From an uncultured Acidimicrobiaceae bacterium (GTDB lineage Bacteria > Actinomycetota > Acidimicrobiia > Spongiisociales > UBA5794), in contig CAMYIJ010000017.1 of NCBI GenBank assembly GCA_947258375.1, forward strand, positions 9,966 through 73,965: DNA of 64,000 nt, read 5' to 3'. Shown here piece by piece: positions 9,721 to 20,002 of this stretch. Made by a program: the position numbers and the translations under genes. Every line of letters starts with the position of its first letter. Positions within the stretch are counted from its first letter, which is position 1. The notes beneath the pieces were generated by a model that saw nothing but the letters and a program-made list of their open reading frames with translations, was not told the origin of the DNA and ran no database searches.

Positions 9721-10104
9721 CTAGACCTTGAGCTCGAGCCGGCGGCGGGTCCACTGGGGAGTACGGAGCCCGGACCATGCATTCGCATGCGGGCGAACCT
9801 TGGCCTCGTCGGTCCACTCCAGGAGCCCCTCGTGTTTGGCGCCGGCTTGGCGGATCGCGGCGCCTAGATCGCTACGAGCCCGCTCCAGAGCATCCTGGGG
9901 GCTCTTGGCGATGACCACCATATCGAGCTCGACGCGCTCGGTGACGAGATCGCAGCCGATCCTGAACTCGATGGTGTCCTCACGCGCTTCCAACTCGTCG
10001 CAAACGGCGTCGAGATGGCCCCTGAAGGCGCCTGGATCAAATTCCCATCCGATCCGACGCCCGACTTCGAATTCCGTGATTACGTGGAAGGGCTCCCAGC
10101 CCAT
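9721..10104 (-). CDS. Hypothetical protein (127 aa)
   Basis: Open frame with a purine-rich GGCGGAG upstream of the ATG. No motif recognised. Confidence 0.5.
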   Translation of the reverse strand: MGWEPFHVITEFEVGRRIGWEFDPGAFRGHLDAVCDELEAREDTIEFRIGCDLVTERVELDMVVIAKSPQDALERARSDLGAAIRQAGAKHEGLLEWTDEAKVRPHANAWSGLRTPQWTRRRLELKV

Positions 10105-10163
10105 ATCTGCTCCGCCTTTTCCCTCACCTACCTTGAGGCATAGTAGCCGGTGTCATGGAGGAT

Positions 10164-10928
10164 TTATACCCAATATCTGATTACTGATGCGAAGGTATCC
10201 GGGTCCAAACTGGCGCCACCGACCAGCGCCCCATCGATATCACGCTTGGCCATTATCGCGGCCACATTGCCCGGATTCACCGACCCACCATAGAGAATCC
10301 GCATATGGTCGGCCGCGTTGCCGGAGCTTTCGGCCGCCAGATCCCGGATGAATCCGCACACATTCTGGGCGTCTTCGGGCGTCGCGGTTTTTCCTGTGCC
10401 AATAGCCCACACTGGTTCATACGCAACAACCAATGAGCTGATCTGATCTTGCGTCAAACCCGTAGTGCCTGCCACAAACTGGGAGCGTACGCGCTCCTCG
10501 GTCATTTCGTCCGCTCGCTCTTGCTCCGTCTCCCCGACAGCCAGGATCGGGGTCATGGCGCCTTCGAACACCGCCTTGACCTTGCGGTTGATGTCGGCAT
10601 CCACCTCGCCGAAGATGTGCCGCCGTTCCGAGTGACCGACCACCACATAGGTAACGGACAGTTTGGCGAGCATCGCTGGTGAGATCTCGCCGGTGTACGC
10701 ACCCGACTCGGCCCAGTGGCAGTTTTGCGCGCCCAGCTTGATTCGGAGGTGGTCCGTCTCGATGACGGTTTGGGCCGAGCGCAGCGCCGTGAATGGTGGG
10801 CACACGACTACATCGACCCGCTCGTGATCCGAATCGTTCAATCGGTAGGAAAGCTTCTGCACCATTTGGATCGTGTCCAAATGCGTAGCGTGCATTTTCC
10901 AGTTGCCTGCGATCAGGTCTTTTCGCAT
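10164..10928 (-). CDS. tpiA: Triosephosphate isomerase
   Basis: MRKDLIAGNWKMH...VVGHSERR...AYEPVWAIGTG...LYGGSV are canonical TIM motifs. ATG at 10928. Confidence 0.93.
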   Translation of the reverse strand: MRKDLIAGNWKMHATHLDTIQMVQKLSYRLNDSDHERVDVVVCPPFTALRSAQTVIETDHLRIKLGAQNCHWAESGAYTGEISPAMLAKLSVTYVVVGHSERRHIFGEVDADINRKVKAVFEGAMTPILAVGETEQERADEMTEERVRSQFVAGTTGLTQDQISSLVVAYEPVWAIGTGKTATPEDAQNVCGFIRDLAAESSGNAADHMRILYGGSVNPGNVAAIMAKRDIDGALVGGASLDPDTFASVIRYWV

Positions 10929-10982
10929 TGCTCTCCGACCTTTCTCCTTCGACTTCTCAATCCGTCGCCGCTCCGCCAACGG

Positions 10983-12155
10983 TCAGTTGCGCAGTGCCGC
11001 GATTCCCGGTAGCTCCTTGCCCTCCAGCATCTCGAGGCCGGCACCCCCACCGCTCGATACGTGATTTACCTGATCGTCGCGGTCCAACATGCGGAGGGCG
11101 GCCACGCTGTCCCCGCCGCCCACCACGGTGAACCCCGGGCAATCGGCCACAGCGGCCGCCACTCCCGCGGTGCCTTGACGGAACGGCTCCCATTCAAAGA
11201 CGCCCATCGGCCCGTTCCAGAAGATCGACTGACCGGACACGATCACTCCGCCGAAGCGGTCGACCGAATCGGGCCCGATATCGAGCCCCATCGTGTCGTC
11301 CGGGATGGCGGTCGCCGGAACAATCCCGTGTTCCGCGTCGGCGGCGAATCGATCGGCCGCAACGATGTCGAGCGGGAGCACGATCTTGCCGCCGTCTTTG
11401 GACTCGAGAAGGTCCTCGACCTCGCCCAGCAAGGACTCCTCCAGCAGCGACTTGCCCACCTCGTAGCCCCCGGCTTTGAGCAATGTGAAACACATCCCCC
11501 CGCCGACCAGCATCAGGTCGACTCTCGGCAGCAGGTGTTTCATCACGGCCAGCTTGTCGGACACCTTCGCCCCGCCGAGCACCACAACGAAGGGCTTCGC
11601 CGGCGCCTCCAGGAGCCGGCGAAGCGCACGAACCTCATCCTCCAGAAGCCGGCCGGCCGCGGCCGGTAGCAGCGCTGCCACTCCGACCGTCGAGGCGTGC
11701 GCCCGATGGGCACTCCCGAATGCATCCAGGACGAAGACGTCGGCCAGGTCTGCCATTGCCCGGCTCAGGCTCGCGTCGTTGCTCGTCTCACCGGCTTCGA
11801 AACGGACGTTCTCGAGGACCACGACCGATTCGCCCGCCGCGGCAATCGCCGCGGCGGCATCCGGGCCAACAACGCTGTCGACCTTGACGGTTGGAAAGCC
11901 TCCAAGCTCTTCAAGACGCGCCGCAACGGCGTTCATCGTGAGCTTCGGATCCGGTTGACCCTTTGGCCTCCCCAGGTGGGAGCAAACCACGACACGGGCC
12001 CCGCGGGAACGGAGCTCGTTGATGGTCGGCAGGCTCGCCCTGAGCCGGAAGTCATCGGTGACGGCGCCGGCGGGGTCGAGCGGCACATTCAGATCGGCTC
12101 GTAGCAGAACCGTCTTCCCGGTGACGTCCAGCGAATCGAGTGAAGGCAGGTCCAA
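10983..12155 (-). CDS. pgk: Phosphoglycerate kinase
   Basis: VLLRADLNVP, SHLGRPKG, GGAKVSDK and WNGPMGVFE motifs. Starts 1 nt after the gap stop. Confidence 0.95.
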   Translation of the reverse strand: MDLPSLDSLDVTGKTVLLRADLNVPLDPAGAVTDDFRLRASLPTINELRSRGARVVVCSHLGRPKGQPDPKLTMNAVAARLEELGGFPTVKVDSVVGPDAAAAIAAAGESVVVLENVRFEAGETSNDASLSRAMADLADVFVLDAFGSAHRAHASTVGVAALLPAAAGRLLEDEVRALRRLLEAPAKPFVVVLGGAKVSDKLAVMKHLLPRVDLMLVGGGMCFTLLKAGGYEVGKSLLEESLLGEVEDLLESKDGGKIVLPLDIVAADRFAADAEHGIVPATAIPDDTMGLDIGPDSVDRFGGVIVSGQSIFWNGPMGVFEWEPFRQGTAGVAAAVADCPGFTVVGGGDSVAALRMLDRDDQVNHVSSGGGAGLEMLEGKELPGIAALRN

Positions 12156-12156
12156 A

Positions 12157-13149
12157 TCAGCCGAGACGCTGTACGAGATCGACCAGACGACTCGAGTATC
12201 CCCACTCGTTGTCGTACCAGCCGAACACCTTCACCATGTTGCCGCTGGCCACGGTGATCCCAGCATCAAAGATGCAACTGTGGCCGTCGCCCACGATGTC
12301 GGTCGAGACGATCGGTTCTTCCGTATAGCGCAGAATGCCCTTGAGAGGGCCCTCGGCCGCGGCCTTGAAAGCGGCGTTGACATCGGCGGCAGTCACCTCC
12401 TGGGCGACCGTGGCTACGAGGTCGGTGATCGACCCATCCGGTACCGGCACCCGCAGGGCTTTGGCCTCGAGCTTGCCGTTGAGTTCCGGAAGCACAATGC
12501 CGACCGCGGTGCCGGCGCCCGTCGAGGTCGGGATGATGTTGGCGGCAGCCGCTCGGCCGCGGCGCGGGTCCTTGTGCGGCAGATCGAGGATCTTCTGGTC
12601 ATTCGTGTAGGCGTGAACCGTCGTGAACATGCCCTGGGTGATGCCGCCAAAGGAATCGTGGAGAACCTTGGCCATCGGTGCGATGCAGTTTGTGGTGCAC
12701 GACGCGTTGGAGATGACCTTGTGGACTGCCGGATCAAGCTTGTCGTCATTGACTCCGAGCACCAGCGAGATGTCGGCATCCCCGCAGGGGGCACTGATCA
12801 GCACGTGACCGGCTCCGGCTTCGAGGTGCTTGGCAGCCAAATCACGCTTGGTGAAGAAGCCGGTCGACTCGATCACAACGTCGACGTCGAGCTCACCCCA
12901 CGGGAGGTTCTCGGGATCCCGCTCCGAGAAGACTTTGAAGCGGTCACCATCGACAACCAGATCACCGTCGACGATTTCGACCTGGCCGCCAAAGCGGCCG
13001 TGAACCGAGTCGTTTTTGAGTAGATAGGCCAGCGTGGCCGCATCCGTCAGATCATTGACGGCCACAATGTCGATTGGAGCATTCGACTTCTTTGCCGCCC
13101 GGAAGAAGTTCCTCCCGATTCGACCAAAGCCATTGATCGCTACCTTCAT
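12157..13149 (-). CDS. gap: Glyceraldehyde-3-phosphate dehydrogenase
   Basis: [13 protein letters not shown]...SNASCTTNC...[12 protein letters not shown] at 13149 gives 330 aa. The long upstream part of the track ORF overlaps yvcK and is not coding. Confidence 0.95.
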   Translation of the reverse strand: MKVAINGFGRIGRNFFRAAKKSNAPIDIVAVNDLTDAATLAYLLKNDSVHGRFGGQVEIVDGDLVVDGDRFKVFSERDPENLPWGELDVDVVIESTGFFTKRDLAAKHLEAGAGHVLISAPCGDADISLVLGVNDDKLDPAVHKVISNASCTTNCIAPMAKVLHDSFGGITQGMFTTVHAYTNDQKILDLPHKDPRRGRAAAANIIPTSTGAGTAVGIVLPELNGKLEAKALRVPVPDGSITDLVATVAQEVTAADVNAAFKAAAEGPLKGILRYTEEPIVSTDIVGDGHSCIFDAGITVASGNMVKVFGWYDNEWGYSSRLVDLVQRLG

Positions 13150-13172
13150 CTTTTCCTCGTGCTTTCTGAGAG

Positions 13173-14177
13173 TTAAACCAACCGGGCCAATACCCCGCCT
13201 AAGCGGGCCGCGTCGTGGCGAGGCCATGTTGCCACCGGGTCTACAAGATCCGCCCCGACCACGTCGACGCCATAGGTGGCAATCGTTTCTTCGTCGGCGA
13301 GTACCGCCGTGAGCGGAGGCTCGATGGCGATCGTCGTCGTATTGGCGACAATAGCATTGGGGGACCTCATCCCCGTCAGGCTGATGAGGGCGTCGAGATG
13401 GTCGGCGCCGTCCATGCCGAGAGTCTCGCCGTCCTGCGTGATGAGGTTGCACACGTAGACCAACTTGGCGGGAGAAGCGTTGATCGCCTCGACGATTCCG
13501 GGTACCACCAAAACGGCCATGATCGACGTGTAGAGGCTGCCGGGGCCGAGCACGATCTGATCGGCCTCGGCAATCGCCTCGACCGCTCGCGGACTTGCAT
13601 CGACTTCGGCGGGGCGCACCATCAGCTCGGAGATATGGCCGCGGGATTCGGCGATGGCGACCTGGCCGGTGATTGTCGCGTCGTCGACCACCGCGTCCAG
13701 CAGCAGGCGTTGGCCGGCGGCGGGCAGCACCGAGCCGATCGGACGCAGCATCTGCTCCGCGAGGCGGAGTCCTCCCTCGAAAGACCCCTCGATGTCTGCC
13801 AGCGCCGCGATCAGGAGGTTCCCGAGCGAGTGCCCGGCGACGTCGGCGTCTGAGAAGCGATAGTCGAAGAGACGCTTCCAGGGTGAATCGTCCGGCGTCA
13901 GCGCCAGCAGGCATTGCCGGATGTCCCCGGGCGGCAGTATCCCCAGGTCCGGCGCCAACCGGCCACTGGACCCTCCGTCGTCGGCAACCGTGACCACCGC
14001 GTTGATGGTGCCGGCATATCGACTCACGGCTCCCAAGGCCTGCGCCAGCCCGTGCCCTCCGCCCACGGCGGCAACGGCGGGACCGGATCGGGCGCCTTCG
14101 AGAGCTTCCAGCAAGGGATCGGGGTCGAGTGACACGCCGGCTTCATTGCCCCGGGGCGGCGGGCCGGGCAGAGTCAC
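13173..14177 (-). CDS. yvcK: YvcK/CofD-like gluconeogenesis-morphology factor (UPF0052)
   Basis: [15 protein letters not shown]...[13 protein letters not shown]...GPGSLYTSI motifs. GTG 14177 overlaps the rapZ stop as GTGA. GTG 14135 is an alternative. Confidence 0.85.
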   Translation of the reverse strand: MTLPGPPPRGNEAGVSLDPDPLLEALEGARSGPAVAAVGGGHGLAQALGAVSRYAGTINAVVTVADDGGSSGRLAPDLGILPPGDIRQCLLALTPDDSPWKRLFDYRFSDADVAGHSLGNLLIAALADIEGSFEGGLRLAEQMLRPIGSVLPAAGQRLLLDAVVDDATITGQVAIAESRGHISELMVRPAEVDASPRAVEAIAEADQIVLGPGSLYTSIMAVLVVPGIVEAINASPAKLVYVCNLITQDGETLGMDGADHLDALISLTGMRSPNAIVANTTTIAIEPPLTAVLADEETIATYGVDVVGADLVDPVATWPRHDAARLGGVLARLV

Positions 14178-15037
14178 TCGGGTTCCGGCAGGTCGCGGTG
14201 GCGCACTGCGGCGTCGACGTCGAGTCCGTCGAGACGCGCTCCAATTTCCTCGGCGATCGCGACCGAACGATGTTGACCACCGGTGCAGCCGACGGCGATG
14301 GTCAGGTATGCCTTGCCCTCGGCGAAGTACCGCGGCACGAGGAACTCGAGCATCTCCCACGCCCGGTCGATGAACGTGCCGGCATCTGCTTGGCCGAGCA
14401 CGTAGTCGCGCACCTCCTGATCGAGCCCCGTCTGGGGTCGAAGAGCGGGAAGCCAGTGGGGATTGGGCAGAAACCGCACGTCGAAGAGCAGGTCCGCCAC
14501 CCGGGGCAAGCCCTTTTTGAATCCAAAGCTGACCACGTCGACGCGCATCCGGCGCGGTCCCATGTAGTCGAAGGCGGCTTGGACGCGCTCGCGTAACTCG
14601 TGCACGTTGAGGTCCGTCGTATCGATGATGATGTCGGCCGCACCCCGGATCTCCTCGAGGCTACGGCGCTCGATTGCGATCTTCTCGGCAAGATCCCCGG
14701 GGCGAACGGGGTGGACTCTTCGCGTCTCTTCGAATCTCCGCGCCAGCGTCCTGTCGTTGGCGTCCAGGAACAGGATGGTTGACCGGATTCCTCGCTCCAT
14801 TAGGTCATCAGTCGCCGCCCTCAAATCCGCCAGCGTGATCTCGCCGCGGGTATCGACCGCGATGGCCACCTTGCGACGGCCGCCCTCGAGGAGGCCGACC
14901 TCGTCGACAACATTCGGGATGAGACGCAACGGCAGATTGTCGACCACGAAGAAATCGTTGTCCTCGAGCACGTTGGCGGTCACCGAGCGCCCCGCGCCCG
15001 ACATGCCCGTCACAATCACAAGGCGGGGATCATCCAT
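14174..15037 (-). CDS. rapZ: RNase adapter / nucleotide-binding protein RapZ (YvcJ)
   Basis: VIVTGMSGAGRSVTANVLEDNDFFVVDNLP P-loop N-terminus, and the C-terminal GCTGGQHRSV motif. Confidence 0.9.
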   Translation of the reverse strand: MDDPRLVIVTGMSGAGRSVTANVLEDNDFFVVDNLPLRLIPNVVDEVGLLEGGRRKVAIAVDTRGEITLADLRAATDDLMERGIRSTILFLDANDRTLARRFEETRRVHPVRPGDLAEKIAIERRSLEEIRGAADIIIDTTDLNVHELRERVQAAFDYMGPRRMRVDVVSFGFKKGLPRVADLLFDVRFLPNPHWLPALRPQTGLDQEVRDYVLGQADAGTFIDRAWEMLEFLVPRYFAEGKAYLTIAVGCTGGQHRSVAIAEEIGARLDGLDVDAAVRHRDLPEPE

Positions 15038-15530
15038 GAACCAGGGCTGCTTCCATCGCGATCAGGTAGCGCTTCATGTCCAGGCCACCGGCATATCCGC
15101 GCAACGAGCCGTCTGACCCCACCAGTCGATGACAGGGGATCAAAGGAGCAAAGTGATTGGCTGCCATGGCGGCACCGACCGCCCGGGCGGCCCGGGGCCG
15201 GCCGACGGCTGCGGCCACTTCGCCGTACGTCATTGTCCGGCCGGCAGGGATCGCGGCAACTCGGCGGTATATCGCGTCCGTCAGCGGAGTCCGGCCGACA
15301 CTCTGCAGCAGCGTGTCGGCTACTGCCGGAAGCTCTCCGCCGCGCCAGTAGCCGGTGAGCCCGGCGGCGAGTTGCGTTATCCAATCGGGAGCCTTGCGGC
15401 TCAGCGGATACGGAGAGGCGGCTCCCGGCAGGCCGAGCTCAATCAGACCTTCCCCGGCGAAGGCCAGCCAGCCCTCACCAAAGGAGGTGGGGTAGACAAT
15501 GGCGACGGCTTCACCGGTTGAATCGGTCAT
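15030..15530 (-). CDS. ogt: Methylated-DNA--protein-cysteine methyltransferase
   Basis: TYGEVAAAVGRPRAARAVGAAMAANHFAPLIPCHRLV contains the PCHR active site. ATG at 15530 gives 166 aa. The upstream part of the track ORF overlaps uvrC. Confidence 0.85.
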   Translation of the reverse strand: MTDSTGEAVAIVYPTSFGEGWLAFAGEGLIELGLPGAASPYPLSRKAPDWITQLAAGLTGYWRGGELPAVADTLLQSVGRTPLTDAIYRRVAAIPAGRTMTYGEVAAAVGRPRAARAVGAAMAANHFAPLIPCHRLVGSDGSLRGYAGGLDMKRYLIAMEAALVHG

Positions 15531-15576
15531 GGACGCGATCGTACACAGCCGGCGGCCGGAATTGAGGCCAACCGGG

Positions 15577-17333
15577 TCATGGTGCCGGACGCCTCTGGCC
15601 GGCGTCGGGCCCCGCCTGGAGCGCTTCGTAGAGATCCACCGCGACGCCGTCGGGAACCACGGCCGCCAGCTCGACCAGCTCGGCAGCCCGCAGCTTCTTG
15701 AGCGACCCAAACTCTCTGAGAAGCTTCTTCTTGCGAGTAGGCCCGACACCCGGCACTGCGTCGAGCACCGAGTCGACCATCCGTTTGCCCCGCAGCGTGC
15801 GGTGGTAGGTGACGGCGAACCGGTGAGCCTCGTCGCGGACACGCTGGAGCAGGTACAGCGACTCTTCACCTCGGGGGATGACCACCGGCGTGCCCGACCC
15901 GGGTACATAGACTTCCTCGAGCCGCTTGGCCAGACCGACCACAGGGATGTCCAGATCGTATTTGGCCAGGATCTTGACAGCCCTCCCGAGCTGTCCCATT
16001 CCCCCATCGATCACAACCAGCGAAGGCGCATAGGCGAACTTCCCACGTTCTTCGATCGAACGTTTCTGATCACTCACGTAGGCGGCAAAACGACGATCGA
16101 GCATCTCCTCCATGGCTGCAAAGTCATCCTGGCCCGACAGACGCTTTATCCGGAAACGGCGATATTCGGACTTCTTGGGCATCGCGTCTTCAAACACCAC
16201 CATCGAACCGACGGTGTCGCGCCCCTGGATCGTCGAGATGTCATACGCCTCGATCCGAAGGGGCGGCTGCGGGAGCGACAACGCCTCTTCCAAGCTGCGC
16301 AGCGCCTGTGCCCGGGCGTTGTGGTCGGTGCTGCGCTTGAGCCGGTGGCGTCCAAACTCCTCGCCGGCATTCGCCCGGGCAGTCTCCATCAGGCGCCGCT
16401 TGGCACCGCGCTGGGGCACCCGAATCGTCACCGGACCGGCGCGTCGCTCCTCGAGCCACTCGACCCACAATTCGGGAGTATCCGGGAGTTCCTGGACCAA
16501 CACCTCACGCGGCGGCGCATCCTTGCCGTAGAGCTGACCGATCATGATTCCCGTCAACTGCGCCGTGGTGACATCCTCGACCTTGTCGACCACCATTGAT
16601 CTCGTTCCGGTGACCCGGCCTCGCTTCACAGTGAGAACCACCAGCGCGGCTTCGAGATCGTCCTCCTCCACCGCAATCAGGTCGAATGAGTCCTTGCGTT
16701 GGGTGACAAGTTCCTGGCGGGCCATGGCCTTGGTCACGGACGTCAATTGGTCGCGCACGCGGGCGGCGCGCTCATATTCGAGCACCTCGGCGGCGCTGTT
16801 CATCTCGGCTTCGAGCTCGGCGATCACCTCAACAGGAGGCATGGCCGGCCGAGCGCTTCGTGCGACCGGAACTTCTGATCCGTGCAGCTGCGGATCGGGA
16901 AGGTGCGCAGCAGAAGATCCCGCGTCTGCCGTATGGCATAGGCATGCGCGTACGGCCCGAAGTACTGCACGCCTTTGCGCCGCTTGCCCCGCATGACGAG
17001 CACCCGGGGCCATTCCTGGTTCCTGGTGATGGCGAGGTAGGGAAAGCTCTTGTCGTCGCGCAGCCGGATATTGAACCGGGGCTGATGTTTCTGGACCAGG
17101 GTGTACTCGAGCATCAGGGCGCCGACCTCGTTCTTGGTGACTATCCAGTCGAGCTCGTCGGCGGCGGCAACCATCGACCGGGTCCGCGGCCCCAGATCAC
17201 GTCCGAAGTAGTTGGCGGTTCGTTTCCGCAGCGACTTGGCCTTGCCGACGTACAGGACTCTGCCATCAGCATCTTTGAACAGATAGACGCCGGGCGCGTC
17301 GGGAATCGACGCGGAGGGGGGACGACGGACCAT
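15577..17333 (-). pseudogene. uvrC: Excinuclease ABC subunit C, interrupted (two frames: 16824-17333 and 15577-~16842)
   Basis: N-terminal ORF: GIY-YIG (GVYLFKDADGRVLYVGKAKSLRKR) through ...IRSCTDQKFRSHEALGRPCLL, then a stop. The second frame resumes at ...VEVIAELEAEMNSAAEVLEYERAARVRDQL (UVR domain) and continues through the endonuclease and HhH C-terminus. Confidence 0.8.
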
Positions 17334-17377
17334 GGGGCGATTCTAGAGAGGAAGATCCGCCATCAGCGCGGACCGCT

Positions 17378-17626
17378 TCAGGAGGCGAGCGCGGCGTTCA
17401 TCCCTTGGAAGTTGCCGAACAGCGCGTCGAGGGCATCGGTGTCGTCGACCTCGATGGTCGGCTGGGCCGCCAGACCGTCGAGTTCACGAGGAGTCAGCCA
17501 GGACGGCGGGTCTTCCCATATGTCCACCTCGGGGAGAAAGGCGAGTACCTCCTGAGGAGTGGCTGCGAGCACGAAGCCCCATACCGTCCCGCTGCCGTAC
17601 TCGTAGCTGACCAGATACTTCTCCAT
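17378..17626 (-). CDS. Hypothetical small acidic protein (82 aa)
   Basis: ORF only. No obvious SD and no recognised motif. Confidence 0.35.
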   Translation of the reverse strand: MEKYLVSYEYGSGTVWGFVLAATPQEVLAFLPEVDIWEDPPSWLTPRELDGLAAQPTIEVDDTDALDALFGNFQGMNAALAS

Positions 17627-17687
17627 AGAGGACGTATCGGCGGCAAGGCCGCGAATCTTGATGAGGCGAGGGACTATTCCTGCTGGG

Positions 17688-18467
17688 CTAGCCGGAAGGT
17701 CGGGACCAGCGCAGCCCGATCAATCGGGGCATGTGGTCCTGCCCCTGCATCGCCGGGACGCTCGCGATCGTCTCCGGACCGGCCCCGGCCTCGGAGACAT
17801 GCCGCAGGTCCCACCCGACGCGGGCGGCCGTCGTGAGCAATGAGCCGAGAGAGCGGTGATGGAATACAACCGAGCCCGTGCCTGCGGGCTCCGCCGAGAT
17901 ACTGTCGTACAGGTAGGTCCCCCAGCGCCACAGGACCTCGCCGTCGCTCTGGTCGACTACCGGACCGGCGCCGCCAGAGGTGTATGCGGGGTGATTGGAA
18001 ACAACCACCAGCGACCCGTGCGGACGAACGACCCGTGCCGCGGCCTCGAAGAAGGCTTCCCCATTCGGGATGTGCTCCAGCACGAGACAGGCCACCGCGA
18101 CGCCGACCGAGTCGGCCCGCAACCAATCGAGGTCGGGGATATCGCTCTGCACGACGGCCATTCCCCGGCGCCGGGCGTGCTCGAGTAGGAAGCGGGAGAG
18201 ATCACAGCCGAGGACGGGACCGGGCAGCTGATCGAGAAGGCGGCCGTCGCCACAGCCCAGGTCGAGGGTCGGACCGTCCAAGCCGGCCAGCATGATGTCG
18301 AGTAGCGGCTGCACATCGTGTTCGTATGCCGGGTCGGCTACCTCACCCAACCACCAGTCGGCCAGTTGCTCCCACTCGCTCACTTGGTTGCCCACCGCCC
18401 GGAGGCCGCCGCCGGTCCCCGGTGACACGTCCCGGCGGCCCGTTCGATCTTGCTCATGGGACTCCAC
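17688..18467 (-). CDS. Class I SAM-dependent methyltransferase
   Basis: Motif I LDLGCGDGRLL followed by an acidic loop (GCDLS) and VACLVLEHI, typical of the Methyltransf_11/25 fold. Start uncertain. Confidence 0.75.
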   Translation of the reverse strand: MESHEQDRTGRRDVSPGTGGGLRAVGNQVSEWEQLADWWLGEVADPAYEHDVQPLLDIMLAGLDGPTLDLGCGDGRLLDQLPGPVLGCDLSRFLLEHARRRGMAVVQSDIPDLDWLRADSVGVAVACLVLEHIPNGEAFFEAAARVVRPHGSLVVVSNHPAYTSGGAGPVVDQSDGEVLWRWGTYLYDSISAEPAGTGSVVFHHRSLGSLLTTAARVGWDLRHVSEAGAGPETIASVPAMQGQDHMPRLIGLRWSRPSG

Positions 18468-18505
18468 ATTCGACTGCTATCTCAATGTAGTCCGCTCACC
18501 CAGGT

Positions 18506-19810
18506 TCACCGTGCCGGCGACCGAGTCGGCAGGTTGCCTCGTAGAGGTGCCTCCTCAACCGATTCCGCATCGGAAGGATCCTCGCCCATCCATGCGATCA
18601 GCAGCAGGGCCCAAACGAGGAACCAGTAGTTGGAGAACGCCTGGGTCCCCAACAAGAAGAGGACGGAAAGGGAAACCGCAGATGCCCGCAGCCACGCCGC
18701 AACATCCTCGATCTGTCGACGAACGGCCAGCCAGGTCGCCGTCGCAAAGGCGGCCACCGGTCCCAACCAGAAGGGAACGCCAAATGGTGGCGCGAATATG
18801 GAGACGAACCCGTAGAGGGACGATGAGTCGCTTCGCGTGGCGAAGTCACCGTAGGCAAAAACAGTCGCCTGCAGGTAGCCCGCGCCAAATGCAAAACCGG
18901 CCAGCGCAGCCACGGCGGCCACGACGATGGACACAACTCGCCGGAGGCGTTCCGGGCGCGATGACAGGGCCATGACCAGCGGCAGTGCCACAACCATGTA
19001 CTGCTTCGAAGCGAGGGCCAAACCGAGTACGGTCGAAGCAACCACCGGGGAACGCCACAGAGCGGCAGCCGCGGCAACGAGCGAAATCGTTAACAGCTCG
19101 GTCCAGCCAGTCCACAGCAGTAGCGGCAACGCGCCCGATGTGGCCAGGACGACCGCCGGTATGTGATTCTTGAGGCCCAGCACCATTGTGGCGCCGATGA
19201 GGATGATCCAGGCGAGAGCGCCTGCTGCCCTCGGATCGCCGGTGGTCCAGTCACCGATCGAGTACAGGATGAGCGCAACCGGTGGGTAGGGGTCACCGGT
19301 GATCACACCGCCTTCCATTCCCCACGCCCCACTGGGAACGGACAGACCGGACCACGGCGTCACTCCGGCACGCAGGGCGTCGGCCCCCGCCTGGTGCATG
19401 AGTGTGACATCGAGCACGCCGCCCGGATCATGCGTCACCGACCACAGCAATGCGACGAGCGAGCCGGCCCCCGCGACCGTGAGCGCAAGACGCGCCGAGA
19501 TACGTTCGCCGAGGACCACCACAACGAGCCCGACGACCGACAGCGCCACGGTGCCCGCGTGGTAAGCCGTGCCCCGAAACCAAGCGGGACCGATGACACT
19601 GCCGACGGTGCCCGACAGCGCGGCGACGATCCACAGATTGGGCGGTGTTCTCGCCGGCCACCGTGCAGCAATGACCGCCAGCCCTGCGACCCAGCCGAAT
19701 ACGCGACCGACCCCGCCATCTCCGGCCACGACGAGAATCGGAAGGAGAGCGAAAACCAGGAACTCGGAGACGGCGCGGAGGCGCTGAATCGTTGACTCTC
19801 GAGCTTTCAT
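18506..19810 (-). CDS. Polytopic membrane protein, GT87/DUF2029-like glycosyltransferase candidate
   Basis: About 12 hydrophobic helices. The loop ...DVTLMHQAGADALRAGVTPW...GDPYPPVALILYS resembles the D...Y...YPP signature of the GT-C mannosyltransferase-like DUF2029 family. ATG 19810 chosen (track ORF runs to 19948). Confidence 0.55.
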   Translation of the reverse strand: MKARESTIQRLRAVSEFLVFALLPILVVAGDGGVGRVFGWVAGLAVIAARWPARTPPNLWIVAALSGTVGSVIGPAWFRGTAYHAGTVALSVVGLVVVVLGERISARLALTVAGAGSLVALLWSVTHDPGGVLDVTLMHQAGADALRAGVTPWSGLSVPSGAWGMEGGVITGDPYPPVALILYSIGDWTTGDPRAAGALAWIILIGATMVLGLKNHIPAVVLATSGALPLLLWTGWTELLTISLVAAAAALWRSPVVASTVLGLALASKQYMVVALPLVMALSSRPERLRRVVSIVVAAVAALAGFAFGAGYLQATVFAYGDFATRSDSSSLYGFVSIFAPPFGVPFWLGPVAAFATATWLAVRRQIEDVAAWLRASAVSLSVLFLLGTQAFSNYWFLVWALLLIAWMGEDPSDAESVEEAPLRGNLPTRSPAR

Positions 19811-20002
19811 GGCACTTTCACCTGATTTGGCCGTATCTGGTGTATCGAGCCGACTTCGCCGTGACCAAAGCCGCAATCGGAGCCGGGGCCCGGCGCGCCA
19901 AGTCCGGGTATCCGTGGCGTCCCGTTCGTAGATTGCGCATCCCGCCACAATATCGGTGGTGGTGCCCTCCGCCCGGTCAAGTCGGTCGGGTAGGGTCGGG
20001 CG

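Noticed and set aside
13150-13914. The upstream extension of the gap ORF (the track lists 12157-13914, 585 aa). Analogous extensions exist for ogt (to 16007), gpmA (to 5961), the SBP (to 9817), trpA (to 53991) and ygfZ (to 60207).
   Set aside because: The extensions overlap the neighbouring, motif-supported genes and have Arg/Pro-rich nonsense composition. Conserved N-termini begin at internal ATG/GTG codons, which also give canonical protein lengths.
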